Part shown: piece by piece, positions 1 through 8,965 of the stretch
Layout of the letters: the number at the start of each line of letters is the position of its first letter
Position numbering within the stretch: position 1 is the stretch's first letter
Origin: Dehalococcoidia bacterium
Lineage (GTDB): Bacteria; Chloroflexota; Dehalococcoidia; Lucifugimonadales; G958296245
Direction: 5' to 3'
Length of the DNA stretch: 64,000 bases
Assembly: GCA_965262055.1 (NCBI GenBank)
Contig: CBDHEI010000002.1
Location: 3,348,347 to 3,412,346 of the forward strand
Made by a program: the position numbers and the translations under genes
The notes under the pieces: generated by a model
Database searches by the model: none
What the model saw: only the letters and a program-made list of their open reading frames with translations
What the model was told of the DNA's origin: nothing

Positions 1-405
1 TCCTGGCTCCAGCTTCAACAGGGTCTCAGTCTGTTCTTCATGAAAGTGCAGGTGGGTGCTGTCGTGCGCTATTGTGTTCTGATCGGTACTGTATGATTTT
101 GTCGTGTGGGAGCGTCTCCTTACCGCCATGTCGGTGTCGTCGATGAACAGGTGGTGGTGCCCGTATCCTCGCTCTATCTGGAACTCGAGGGGTTTTCTCA
201 CGGTAAGTCCCTCAGTCCCCATCTTGACGAGAACGGGACTTACGACCTCCGCCCCGTCCGCGGGTTCGATGAAGTAGACCCTTTCCTGCACCCCCTCAGG
301 TACTTCCGTGCCCGTGGATGCTTGGTTATCTCCGCCGCACGCCCCGGCTGCCCCCAAGACAAGGATGAGAGAGGCGAGAACAACCGGCGGCGCCCACCAT
401 CGCAT
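1..405 (-). CDS. DUF4399-like secreted lipoprotein, partial (runs off window start)
   Basis: Hand translation of the minus strand from ATG at 405-403 gives MRWWAPPVVLASLILVLGAAGAC(lipobox)GGDNQ...RGYGHHHLFIDD...HLHFHEEQTETLLKLEPG, open to position 1. It is absent from the ORF track because there is no stop in the window. The GHHHLxID and HxHF..QTE motifs are recalled from the DUF4399 family. Confidence 0.55.
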   Translation of the reverse strand, partial: MRWWAPPVVLASLILVLGAAGACGGDNQASTGTEVPEGVQERVYFIEPADGAEVVSPVLVKMGTEGLTVRKPLEFQIERGYGHHHLFIDDTDMAVRRRSHTTKSYSTDQNTIAHDSTHLHFHEEQTETLLKLEPG

Positions 406-434
406 GGCTCAGCCCTCCCCACGCGTCCAGGGAT

Positions 435-1343
435 TCACTCTATCCGGGTCCGCGGGTCGAGAGCGTCCCGGAGGCCGTCGCCAACGAAGTTCACGGCTAT
501 TACCGTAATAGAGATGGCCACCCCTGGGGGGACCCATATCCACGGCAGCTCTTTGAGCACGTACAGCGACTGAGCGCCCGTGATCATGTTTCCCCACGTG
601 GGCGTAGGCATCCGCACGCCCAGCCCCAGGAAGCTCAGGGATGCCTCCGTAATGATGGCTCCGGCCACCGTCAGCATGCCCGCCACCGCGACGTAGCCCA
701 TGACGGTGGGAAGGATATGGACGAACATCAGACGCCCTTGGGTCGCGCCTACAGCGCGCGCGGCGGTCACGTAGTCCATCTGGCGCACGGAGAGCACCTG
801 TCCGCGAACGAGCCGGGCCTTACCGGTCCAGCCTAGGAAGCCTATTACTATCATCAGGTTGTAGATGCTTGGGCCGACCACCGAGACGAGTATGATCAAC
901 GCGAAGAAGGATGGGAAGGTCATGACCAGCTCGGTGAAGCGCTGGAGCAGGTTGTCTACCCATCCGCCTATGTATCCCGATACGAGCCCTATGACGGCGC
1001 CGATGAGCGAGGCGATGAGGGCGGCGACAATGCCCACGCTCATGGAGACGCGGCCGCCGTAGAGGAGCCTCGCGAAGACATCCCGCCCGGCATCGTCATT
1101 GCCGAGGATGTGGTCCCATGTGGGGGCAGCTCTATATAGGTCCAGGTCCGTGTGATAGGGGTGGTGCCAGGCAATCAATGGCGCAAAGATGACCAGGATG
1201 CCGAAGACGGCCAGTATTGCGAGACCCAGGATCGCCATGTGGTGTCGCCGGAAGCGCCGCCAAGCGGTCTGCTGCGATTTTCGCGCGGGGCCCTCTGCCA
1301 GCGGAGCGGCTAGTTCTTGCCTGGCCTCATCGCTAGTCGCCAT
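435..1343 (-). CDS. ABC transporter permease, peptide/nickel type (DppC/OppC-like)
   Basis: 302-aa ORF. It has an N-terminal OppC-type segment, multiple TM helices, and the typical C-terminal motif VNFVGDGLRDALDPR of binding-protein-dependent transport family 5 permeases. Confidence 0.9.
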   Translation of the reverse strand: MATSDEARQELAAPLAEGPARKSQQTAWRRFRRHHMAILGLAILAVFGILVIFAPLIAWHHPYHTDLDLYRAAPTWDHILGNDDAGRDVFARLLYGGRVSMSVGIVAALIASLIGAVIGLVSGYIGGWVDNLLQRFTELVMTFPSFFALIILVSVVGPSIYNLMIVIGFLGWTGKARLVRGQVLSVRQMDYVTAARAVGATQGRLMFVHILPTVMGYVAVAGMLTVAGAIITEASLSFLGLGVRMPTPTWGNMITGAQSLYVLKELPWIWVPPGVAISITVIAVNFVGDGLRDALDPRTRIE

Positions 1344-1372
1344 TGTCCATCCCGTCTTGTTCCTTCATGAGG

Positions 1373-2332
1373 TCACGGCTGCCGGATACGTGGGTCGGCG
1401 TAAGCATACAGTATGTCGGCGATCAGATTTGCGAGGAGAACAAGCGTGGCGCCGATGAACGTCAGCCCCATCAGCACCGGGTAGTCCCTGGCGTGTATGG
1501 CGTCAAGGGACATACGGCCCATCCCGGGCCAGGAGAACATGTACTCGACCAGTATGGCGCCTCCGATCAGCCCTGGCAACCGCAGCATGGTGATAGTGAT
1601 CAACGGAAGAAGGGCGTTTCGGAAAGCGTGCCTGCCGATTACGACGAGTTCCGACAGCCCCTTCGACCGCGCGGTCGTCACATAGTCGGCCTTGAGCACC
1701 TCCAGCATCGCTGTGCGGGCGAAGCGGGTATTGCCCGCCATCGAATCGATGGCAAGCACCGACGCGGGCAATATCAGGTGGTAAAGGTTCGACGTAATAG
1801 TGTATCCATCCATCGCTTTGTACATGCCGAAAGCGGGCAGCAACTCGAACCTGGCGGAGAAGACGTACAGCGCCATGAGCGCGAAGAAGAACGTCGGGAT
1901 CGAAATGCCGAACAGTGAGGCCACCGTAAGTCCGTAGTCATACGCGCTGTACTGCCTCAGGGCCGCGATCACCCCGAACAATGTGCCGAGCAACGTCGCT
2001 ATCACTATGGCCGTCGTGGTCAGCTCCATGGTGGCCCAGAAGCGGGAGTATATGAGACTCAACACCGGCAGGCCGTTGTGATACGAATAGCCGAAGTTGC
2101 CCTGGACGATCTCTCTGAGCCAGATGAGGTACCGGACCGGAATCGGCTTGTCCAGCCCCAGATGTCTCCGCAGGGCCTCCTGGTTCTCGATGGACTCCTG
2201 TCCCCGCTCTGGGTCTATCATTGCGCTGACAGGGTCGCCCGGCGCCACGTTAATGAATATGAACGTTATCAACGAGATGGCCAGCAGCATCGGAATGCTG
2301 ATCAGGGCTCGGCGCGCAATGTATGCTGTCAT
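1373..2332 (-). CDS. ABC transporter permease, peptide/nickel type (DppB/OppB-like)
   Basis: 319-aa ORF. N-terminus MTAYIARRALISIP and C-terminus NLIADILYAYADPRIR are hallmark DppB/OppB-like sequences. Confidence 0.9.
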   Translation of the reverse strand: MTAYIARRALISIPMLLAISLITFIFINVAPGDPVSAMIDPERGQESIENQEALRRHLGLDKPIPVRYLIWLREIVQGNFGYSYHNGLPVLSLIYSRFWATMELTTTAIVIATLLGTLFGVIAALRQYSAYDYGLTVASLFGISIPTFFFALMALYVFSARFELLPAFGMYKAMDGYTITSNLYHLILPASVLAIDSMAGNTRFARTAMLEVLKADYVTTARSKGLSELVVIGRHAFRNALLPLITITMLRLPGLIGGAILVEYMFSWPGMGRMSLDAIHARDYPVLMGLTFIGATLVLLANLIADILYAYADPRIRQP

Positions 2333-2548
2333 GGGCGGATTGGCCTCTGGTATACAGTCCTGAGCATTCGGTCAAGAGGGCCGGACTACCAACGACGCGC
2401 CCAACCTCGCGGGGGTGCGGGCCTTCGCCGTATACTCCCCGCCAGACCGGCCGCGCCGCTGCGTTACTTTCGATTCCGGGGCCCCTGGAAAGCCAGAGGT
2501 CCCGGCCGCCACCGGAGAAATCCCCAGTGACGGCCCAAGCTGCTGACC

Positions 2549-4555
2549 TTATTCCTCCCTGACGTCCCACTGCTCGATGTGGTAGAACCAGTTGGCGTTC
2601 CACATCATGATCGGCATGATGTCGATCTCCCTAAGCGAACTCGGCTGGGGACGGTTGCCGAAGCCCGGTACGAAGACCTTGCTGGCATAGGTAAACAGGC
2701 GGGCCCCCGACCAGAGCGGGGCCACGGGCAGGTCCCTTACCAGCATCTCGTTTATCGCCTTACCGATCTCCTCCATCTCGCTGGTCGACAGCGCCTTCGG
2801 GCCGCGGTCGAATAGCGCGTCCATCTCGGGGGTGGTATAGCCGTGGGGGTCCGGGCCGGTCGAGTCGTAGTAGTACCTGCTGTTCAGCACACTTCCACCC
2901 CAGCCGCCGCCGCGTGTCACTTCGACGCCGCCTTCCTCCTTGGTCCGCGGGTTCGTGTACCACCTCTCTGTGGATACCGCTCCCTCGTACTCTACGTACT
3001 CGGTCTTAAAGCCCGCCTCCGCTAGCATCTGCTGCTCGACGGCATACTGGGCCCTCCGGGCCGGGTCCGAGACGACGCCAATCGACACCTCGACTACACG
3101 GTCGAAGTCCCAGTCGGCCTCCTCCAAGAGCATCCTGGCGGCCTTCGGGTCGAACGGGTAGAGGGCGTCCATCTCCATGGTGTGCGAGCCGGGAGGTAGA
3201 TGAAGAGTCGAGTTGTAGATGTTCCCAAGGCCGTTTGCATACGTGTCCACCAGCTTCCGGCGGTCGATGGCCATCAGCCACGCTTGGCGGACCCGCCTGT
3301 CCTGCAGCCACGGGTTGCGAAGGTTGAATCCGTACCCTGCGTTTGTCATCTGGGCCGCAACCGCGGCCACGACGAACCGCGGGTCCTGGATGAACGCCTT
3401 GTACCCCTCTATCGAGAGGCCTCCACGCCTGCTGACGTCGATCTCGCCTCGTTGCATGGCGATCTGGGTCGAGTCCGGCGAGGGGATGACGTGCATGAAG
3501 ACACGGTCGATTTTCGGCCTTCCGAAGTAGTAGTCGGGGTTTGCTTCGAACTCCAGGAAATTATCGGGCTGGTGCTGTACGAACGTGTACGGCCCCGATC
3601 CCATCATGCCGTCGACGAAGAACTTGTCCTCGTCGATCATGTTCATCGGCAGCTCGCCCAGGACGTGTTTGGGCAGGACAGGCTTGAGGTATAGGGCATT
3701 GAGGAACACGCCCGTGGGAAACTCCATGTCGAACTTGATGGTGTGATCGTCGATCACGGTAATGCCGGTGGCAGCGTCTGCCTCACCGTCTATGACAGCC
3801 CCCGCCCCCTTTACCATCTCGAGGGACTTGGGGACCCTCACTAGGGACTCGGGGTTGATGTACGTCTGGAAGGTGAACTCCACGTCATGGGCGGTTACCG
3901 GTGTTCCGTCGTGCCAGGTGGCGTTCTTCCTCAGGAAGAAGGTGTAGGAATCGCCGCTCGGGCTGATCTCCCACCTCTCCGGCAGGTCCGGAATGTACTC
4001 GTAGTTATGCGGGTCGGCGAATACCATGTGCGAGAACACGTAGTTCCCAACAGCGCTCACAGCCCCGCTGACCGCCGTGTACGGCGCGAACTTGAGGACC
4101 ATGGAGGACATCCTCAGGTTGATGACCTCCTCTTCCGGCCCCTTAGGCACCTCGACTACGATCTCCTTGACCACCTCCACCTCTTTTATGACTTCCTTCT
4201 CCACGACGACCGTCTCGCCGGGGACCATCACTTCCTTGACCACCTCTTTCTCCACCACCACCTCTACCTCAACCTCCTTGACCACCTCCTTCTCCACGAC
4301 GACCGTCTCGCCGGGGACCATTACTTCCTTGACGACCTCTTTCTCCACGACGATCGTCTCACCGGGGATCATTACTTCCTTGACGACCTCCTTCTCCACG
4401 ACGATCGTCTCACCGGGGATCATTACTTCCTTGACGACCTCCTTCTCCACCACCACCTCTACCTGTACTTCCTTCACCACCTCCTTCGTGCACGCCAAGG
4501 AGGCCACCACAACTAGGGCTGCGACCACTGCGAACAGAACTCTCAGGCTATTCAT
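2549..4555 (-). CDS. ABC transporter substrate-binding lipoprotein, family 5 (peptide/nickel), with long repetitive N-terminal tether
   Basis: 668-aa ORF. Signal peptide plus lipobox (VASLAC), then EKEVVKEV repeats, then an SBP_bac_5-like body. It heads a same-strand SBP-permease-permease unit. GGGAGGAG Shine-Dalgarno lies upstream of the ATG. Confidence 0.9.
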   Translation of the reverse strand: MNSLRVLFAVVAALVVVASLACTKEVVKEVQVEVVVEKEVVKEVMIPGETIVVEKEVVKEVMIPGETIVVEKEVVKEVMVPGETVVVEKEVVKEVEVEVVVEKEVVKEVMVPGETVVVEKEVIKEVEVVKEIVVEVPKGPEEEVINLRMSSMVLKFAPYTAVSGAVSAVGNYVFSHMVFADPHNYEYIPDLPERWEISPSGDSYTFFLRKNATWHDGTPVTAHDVEFTFQTYINPESLVRVPKSLEMVKGAGAVIDGEADAATGITVIDDHTIKFDMEFPTGVFLNALYLKPVLPKHVLGELPMNMIDEDKFFVDGMMGSGPYTFVQHQPDNFLEFEANPDYYFGRPKIDRVFMHVIPSPDSTQIAMQRGEIDVSRRGGLSIEGYKAFIQDPRFVVAAVAAQMTNAGYGFNLRNPWLQDRRVRQAWLMAIDRRKLVDTYANGLGNIYNSTLHLPPGSHTMEMDALYPFDPKAARMLLEEADWDFDRVVEVSIGVVSDPARRAQYAVEQQMLAEAGFKTEYVEYEGAVSTERWYTNPRTKEEGGVEVTRGGGWGGSVLNSRYYYDSTGPDPHGYTTPEMDALFDRGPKALSTSEMEEIGKAINEMLVRDLPVAPLWSGARLFTYASKVFVPGFGNRPQPSSLREIDIMPIMMWNANWFYHIEQWDVREE
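4123..4486 (-). repeat. In-frame tandem repeat (51-bp unit, 17 aa EKEVVKEVMIPGETIVV) encoding a Glu/Val/Lys-rich tether
   Basis: Near-identical 51-bp units are visible, e.g. 4321-4371 vs 4372-4422. Protein residues ~24-145 are built of VVEKEVVKEV(M[IV]PGET[IV]) units. Confidence 0.85.
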
Positions 4556-4664
4556 AGATCAATCTCCTCCCTTGATCGAAAACCGCTGCGACAAGAAACA
4601 CGACAACGAAAACCGTTGGTGCCCGAATACCGAGATCCGCAGAACCTCCCCCCCTGCAAGACGT

Positions 4665-4694
4665 TGCTTATCACAACTCCGACCTCTATGTCAA
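4665..4694 (-). promoter_or_regulatory. Candidate sigma70-type promoter of SBP module 1 (TTGACA-N18-TAAGCA)
   Basis: On the minus strand, TTGACA sits at 4694-4689 and TAAGCA at 4670-4665. The ~40-bp block is conserved with the region upstream of the paralogous SBP at 10909-10938. Confidence 0.35.
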
Positions 4695-4917
4695 GATTTC
4701 GTATCTGCCGGTAATCTGCCTCGCGCCACAGTTCGGAGTTAGCGGACCCCCATCTCATTCTTCCCCCGTCGGACGGGGAAGAAGTAAGGGAATCCTCTCC
4801 GCCCCTTGCCAATACCCGCAACATCCCGCGAGGCCTGCACAGCTACGTGTGCCCTCTGCACGCGACTCCCTATGGTATGATGGCGCTGTCTGCAACGTTC
4901 ATCCGGGGCTGACGGGT

Positions 4918-5337
4918 ATGCTGAAACTGGCCCTATGGGGCGTCCTCTCAGTACTATTCGCTGCGGGTATCGGCTGCGGCAATGACTCGACCCTTTCCGT
5001 AGAGCCCGATAACGGGCGGGCGGAGTCAGAAGCTAGCTTGGTTTCGCCCACGGAGCGGGCCAGCGCCGAGGATTCTGCAGCCTCCTACGTTGAGTTCGAT
5101 CCGGCCATGACGGTCCTGCCCGCATCGGTCACATGGCCACTCCCCAGCTCGGACGACGGCTCCGCAGCGGAGTCTGTTGACGATGAACCTATAGCCAAAA
5201 CGATCTACATCGACATAACGTGGGACGAGAACTACAAGTACATCTTCGAGTTCGACGGCCCCTTGACCGTGCCGGCCGGCAAGAAGGTGAGGTTCATCGT
5301 TACGAACACGTTCACCGACCCTGACGAGTGCTGGTGA
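4918..5337 (+). CDS. Cupredoxin-like lipoprotein, ORF terminated by an in-frame TGA (homologous frame continues to 5532)
   Basis: MLKLALWGVLSVLFAAGIGC gives a signal peptide and lipobox. VPAGKKVRFIVTNT is a cupredoxin-like beta-strand pattern. After TGA at 5335-5337 the same frame stays open for 64 more codons and ends ...SLYMYSRTWEDRGMAHTIEVVH, which resembles a degenerate cupredoxin C-terminus. Confidence 0.5.
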   Translation: MLKLALWGVLSVLFAAGIGCGNDSTLSVEPDNGRAESEASLVSPTERASAEDSAASYVEFDPAMTVLPASVTWPLPSSDDGSAAESVDDEPIAKTIYIDITWDENYKYIFEFDGPLTVPAGKKVRFIVTNTFTDPDECW

Positions 5338-5637
5338 ATCGACTTTGGCCTTGCTGTAAGCAGGGAAAGAAGAAGCAGAGTTAAGGGTGAGAGGTTTGCT
5401 GACCTCAAGCTCTGGGCTGGCGACCAAGAGGTGGTCGAATTCACTGTCCCCGCCGACCTCGATTCCCTGTACATGTACAGCCGTACCTGGGAGGACCGCG
5501 GCATGGCGCACACCATAGAGGTCGTGCACTAGCGCCGCAACGCCGTTCTCACCGGGCTTGCGATGTGCCTCTCGGCAGCTCCGGGGGTCACCCTAACCGC
5601 CCTTAGCGGACGTTGGATTGCCCCGTCCCGCGGGGAG

Positions 5638-6540
5638 TCATTCTATCCTTGTGCGTGGGTCGAGCGCGTCTCGCAGGCCGTCGCCCAAAAAGTTTACGGC
5701 GATGACCGTCATGGAGATCGCGATTCCTGGAGGAAGCCAGAGCCAGGGCTGGTTCTCGAGTATGTGGAGGGATTGGCCGGAAGTCATCATGTTTCCCCAA
5801 GTAGGCGTTGGAATCTTGATACCCAGCCCCAGGAAGCTGAGGCCCGCTTCGCTGAGTATGGCCCCCGCCAGTGAAAGCGTGGCTGCTACCGCGACGTAAG
5901 GCACGATACCGGGGAAGATGTGGGTAAACATCAGACGACCGTGGCTGCCGCCGATCGCCCGCGCCGCAGTGACGTAGTCCATCTCGCGCAGGGAAAGCAC
6001 CTGTCCTCGGACGAGCCGTTCCAGCCCTGTCCACCCGAGCGCGCCGATCACCGCCATCAGGTTCCAGACGCTTGCCCCGAGTACCGAGACCAGTAAGATC
6101 AAGGCAAAGAAAGTCGGGATGGTCATCACCAGCTCGGTGAAGCGCTGGAGCAGGTTGTCCACCCACCCCCCAACGTACCCCGAGACTAGCCCGACGATGG
6201 TGCCGATCGCTGAGGAGATCAGAGCGGCGACAATACCCACGCTCAATGAGACACGCCCGGCGTGGACTATCCTTGCAAAGATGTCGCGTCCGGCGGAGTC
6301 GGTGCCCAGGATGTGGTCGCGGCTTGGCGCCGACTTGAGGTTGAACACGTCCGCCCGGATGGGGTCGTTGATGGATACCCACGGGGCGAGGATGGCCATG
6401 ACGCTAAAGACAACTAGAATGCCGAGTCCGATGAGCGCCAGGCGGTGGCGGCGGAACCGCGGCCAAACGCCTCGAGAAGACCTGCGGGGAATGGCCGACG
6501 CTCCGAGAGTTGCGTCTCTGGTGTCATTGACTGTCGACAT
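5638..6540 (-). CDS. ABC transporter permease, peptide/nickel type (DppC/OppC-like), paralog 2
   Basis: 300-aa ORF, colinear and highly similar to 435..1343, with the same VNF[VL]GDGLRDALDPRTRIE terminus. Confidence 0.9.
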   Translation of the reverse strand: MSTVNDTRDATLGASAIPRRSSRGVWPRFRRHRLALIGLGILVVFSVMAILAPWVSINDPIRADVFNLKSAPSRDHILGTDSAGRDIFARIVHAGRVSLSVGIVAALISSAIGTIVGLVSGYVGGWVDNLLQRFTELVMTIPTFFALILLVSVLGASVWNLMAVIGALGWTGLERLVRGQVLSLREMDYVTAARAIGGSHGRLMFTHIFPGIVPYVAVAATLSLAGAILSEAGLSFLGLGIKIPTPTWGNMMTSGQSLHILENQPWLWLPPGIAISMTVIAVNFLGDGLRDALDPRTRIE

Positions 6541-6576
6541 TTCGCTGGGTCCTTTGAGGGCTGTTGTCCGGACGGC

Positions 6577-7530
6577 TCACGTCAGTCGAACGCGCGGGTC
6601 GGCGTAGGCGTACAACACATCGGCCAGCAGGTTCGCCCCAAGCACCAGGACGGCGATGATGACCGCCAGCCCCATCAGGACCGTGTAGTCACGCATGAAG
6701 GTTGCCTGGATTCCCAGCTGGCCCATTCCCGGCCATGCGAACATATACTCGATGAGGAAGGCGCCACCAAATAGGAAAGGAAGCCGCAGAGTAGTGATGG
6801 TGATCAGCGGCAGCAGCGCGTTCTTGAAGGCGTGTCTGCCGATCACCGAAAACTCGGACAGCCCCTTGGCCCTGGCAGTAGTCACGTAGTCCGACTTCAT
6901 CACTTCCAGCATCGCTGTGCGGGCGTAGCGGGTATTACTCGCCATCGAATCGATCGCGAGCACGGTCGCGGGCAGTATGAGGTGGTGAAGATTGTCGAGT
7001 GCCGAGTAGTCGGTACCATAGGTGGTCATGCCGAAGGAGGGAAAGACGGGCAACAGGGCCGCGAAGACGTAGAGCGCCAGCAGCGCGAAGAAGAATGTAG
7101 GGATCGAAAGGCCGACCAGGGCGGCCACGCTAAGCACATAGTCGTAGATGCTGTACTGTCGCAGGGCGGCAATGACTCCGAATACAGTGCCCGACACCAC
7201 GGACAGCACCAGGGCAACAGAAGTCAGCTCCAGCGTCGGCAGCACTCGTGCCCTGATAATCTTTAGCACCGGCTGGCCTGACTGGTACGAATAGCCGAAG
7301 TTGCCCGTTGCAAGCTCTCGGAGCCAAATCACGTACCGGACCGCTACGGGCTTATGGAGCCCCAACCGTTCGAGCTGTTTAGGATTGGCTCTGCCCAGGG
7401 TCAGCTGAGGGTCCGCCATGGCGGATACGGGGTCTCCCGGCGCCAGGTTTATGAACGCATAGGTCATCATGGTGATGCCTATCAGCATAGGAATAGCGAT
7501 AAGCAGGCGCCGCGCAATGTACGTTTGCAT
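6577..7530 (-). CDS. ABC transporter permease, peptide/nickel type (DppB/OppB-like), paralog 2
   Basis: 317-aa ORF, colinear with 1373..2332 (MQTYIARRLLIAIP...YAYADPRVR). Confidence 0.9.
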   Translation of the reverse strand: MQTYIARRLLIAIPMLIGITMMTYAFINLAPGDPVSAMADPQLTLGRANPKQLERLGLHKPVAVRYVIWLRELATGNFGYSYQSGQPVLKIIRARVLPTLELTSVALVLSVVSGTVFGVIAALRQYSIYDYVLSVAALVGLSIPTFFFALLALYVFAALLPVFPSFGMTTYGTDYSALDNLHHLILPATVLAIDSMASNTRYARTAMLEVMKSDYVTTARAKGLSEFSVIGRHAFKNALLPLITITTLRLPFLFGGAFLIEYMFAWPGMGQLGIQATFMRDYTVLMGLAVIIAVLVLGANLLADVLYAYADPRVRLT

Positions 7531-7639
7531 GAAGGAGCTGCTCCGCTACGAGGATATGCCAAATGTGCGCACACCAGGCACAGTCTCGCCTGGGGTAACC
7601 GCACATACCTTCGATCGTCTACGCGATTTCCGACGGTTG

Positions 7640-8704
7640 TCACTCATAGAACCATTGGTACGGGACCCGCGCGAGCTTGAGCGCCGGCAGACTCCTGAAG
7701 GAGGTCTTGGTCCCCCACTTGTCTTCGACGTCGACTTGCCCCAAGGAGTAGATGACAAGCACCAAATCGCCATCGAACGCAAGCGACGCGTACGTGTTGA
7801 TGGTATCCCTGTCAGGCTCGAGGTCTTTGACGTTCTCCCACGTCTTACCTTCGTCCCGTGAGATCGCGGCCGTGAGAGGAGTTCTCGGACCATGGTCATT
7901 CGGCAACGGCCGTGCCCTGTTCCACACTATCAGAATATCTCCCGTGGCGGGTATCCGTCCCACGGCGCATGGGACCCGTGGTGACATGAGTCCTGTGTCA
8001 TAAGCATCCGAGAGGGTCTCCCCACCGTCCGCGGACTCAGCTGCGTAAAGCGTTCCGAGAGCGGTACGGAAGAGAAAGAGCAGCGTCCCGTCTCTCCGTT
8101 CGAAGGCAACGGGCTCGGCAGCCCCGCCTGAAGGATATGCATAGTACGGGCCGGGGCCCTCCACCGTGGTGCCCTGGGAGCTTAGCTCCCAGGATTCGCC
8201 CCTGTCGTCCGAATAGGCGGCCATCACGGCTTGGGGTGCATAGATCGGCGCTACTAGGCGGCCGGTGGACATCTGGAACAGGCTGCCGTTAAGAGCGCCG
8301 CCATACCATGGTGTCATGGTCGCGGGAACCATTGCCTTATCGGGACCGAAGCTCTGCCCTCCGTCCGAGGACTTCTGGAAGAAGGGCCTGCATTCATCGG
8401 TCTCATTCTTCTTGTGGCAGTAGACGAGGCCGATGCTGCCGTCGTCAATCACAGCAAGGCTTGCCGATGCCACGCAGCGCTCGGCATCGTTCTCCTTCAC
8501 TATGAGGGGTTCGCTCCACGTTTCGCCCTTGTCGTGCGACCATTTGCCCATTATGTGTGCGGGGGCGTCGTCCCAGAACCCGCCGTAGAAGGCGCTCCAG
8601 GCCAGCAGCCAGCGCCCATCGGGCAGCACGGCTATCGATCCCTCCGAGTTGCGCGGCCACTCGACACTATACGAACACACGATCTGAATACGTGGTTCGG
8701 TCAC
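7640..8704 (-). CDS. BNR/Asp-box repeat protein (sialidase/exo-alpha-sialidase-like beta-propeller)
   Basis: 354-aa ORF with five Asp-box-like motifs (SHDKGETW, SSDGGQSF, SDDRGESW, SADGGETL, SRDEGKTW). No signal peptide is evident. Confidence 0.8.
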   Translation of the reverse strand: MTEPRIQIVCSYSVEWPRNSEGSIAVLPDGRWLLAWSAFYGGFWDDAPAHIMGKWSHDKGETWSEPLIVKENDAERCVASASLAVIDDGSIGLVYCHKKNETDECRPFFQKSSDGGQSFGPDKAMVPATMTPWYGGALNGSLFQMSTGRLVAPIYAPQAVMAAYSDDRGESWELSSQGTTVEGPGPYYAYPSGGAAEPVAFERRDGTLLFLFRTALGTLYAAESADGGETLSDAYDTGLMSPRVPCAVGRIPATGDILIVWNRARPLPNDHGPRTPLTAAISRDEGKTWENVKDLEPDRDTINTYASLAFDGDLVLVIYSLGQVDVEDKWGTKTSFRSLPALKLARVPYQWFYE

Positions 8705-8965
8705 TGGTCCACATTTTCCTCATTGCCTGGCTTTCCCCATCCCCTCCCTGCGGATCTCTCGCGAGGAGTGGAGCTTGGCCAAGAAGATCTCCCTGCCCGC
8801 ATCCGACTGGCAGTCTATCACTGACCCCCGAGAGTAGGTAGACGCTCTCGAGAAGTTCGATTGCGGCTTACTTGGACGAGAAGAGTGCGCGGCCGGCCCG
8901 GCCAGAAATCTGCTCGAGCCGACCGCGTACATCCCTAGTCTTCCTGAACGAATCCCGGAATTCTG

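Noticed and set aside
5603-6382. 259-aa minus-strand ORF overlapping permease gene 5638..6540 in another frame.
   Set aside because: The permease frame has clear homology to its paralog at 435..1343. The alternative frame is Arg/Pro/Gly-rich noise.
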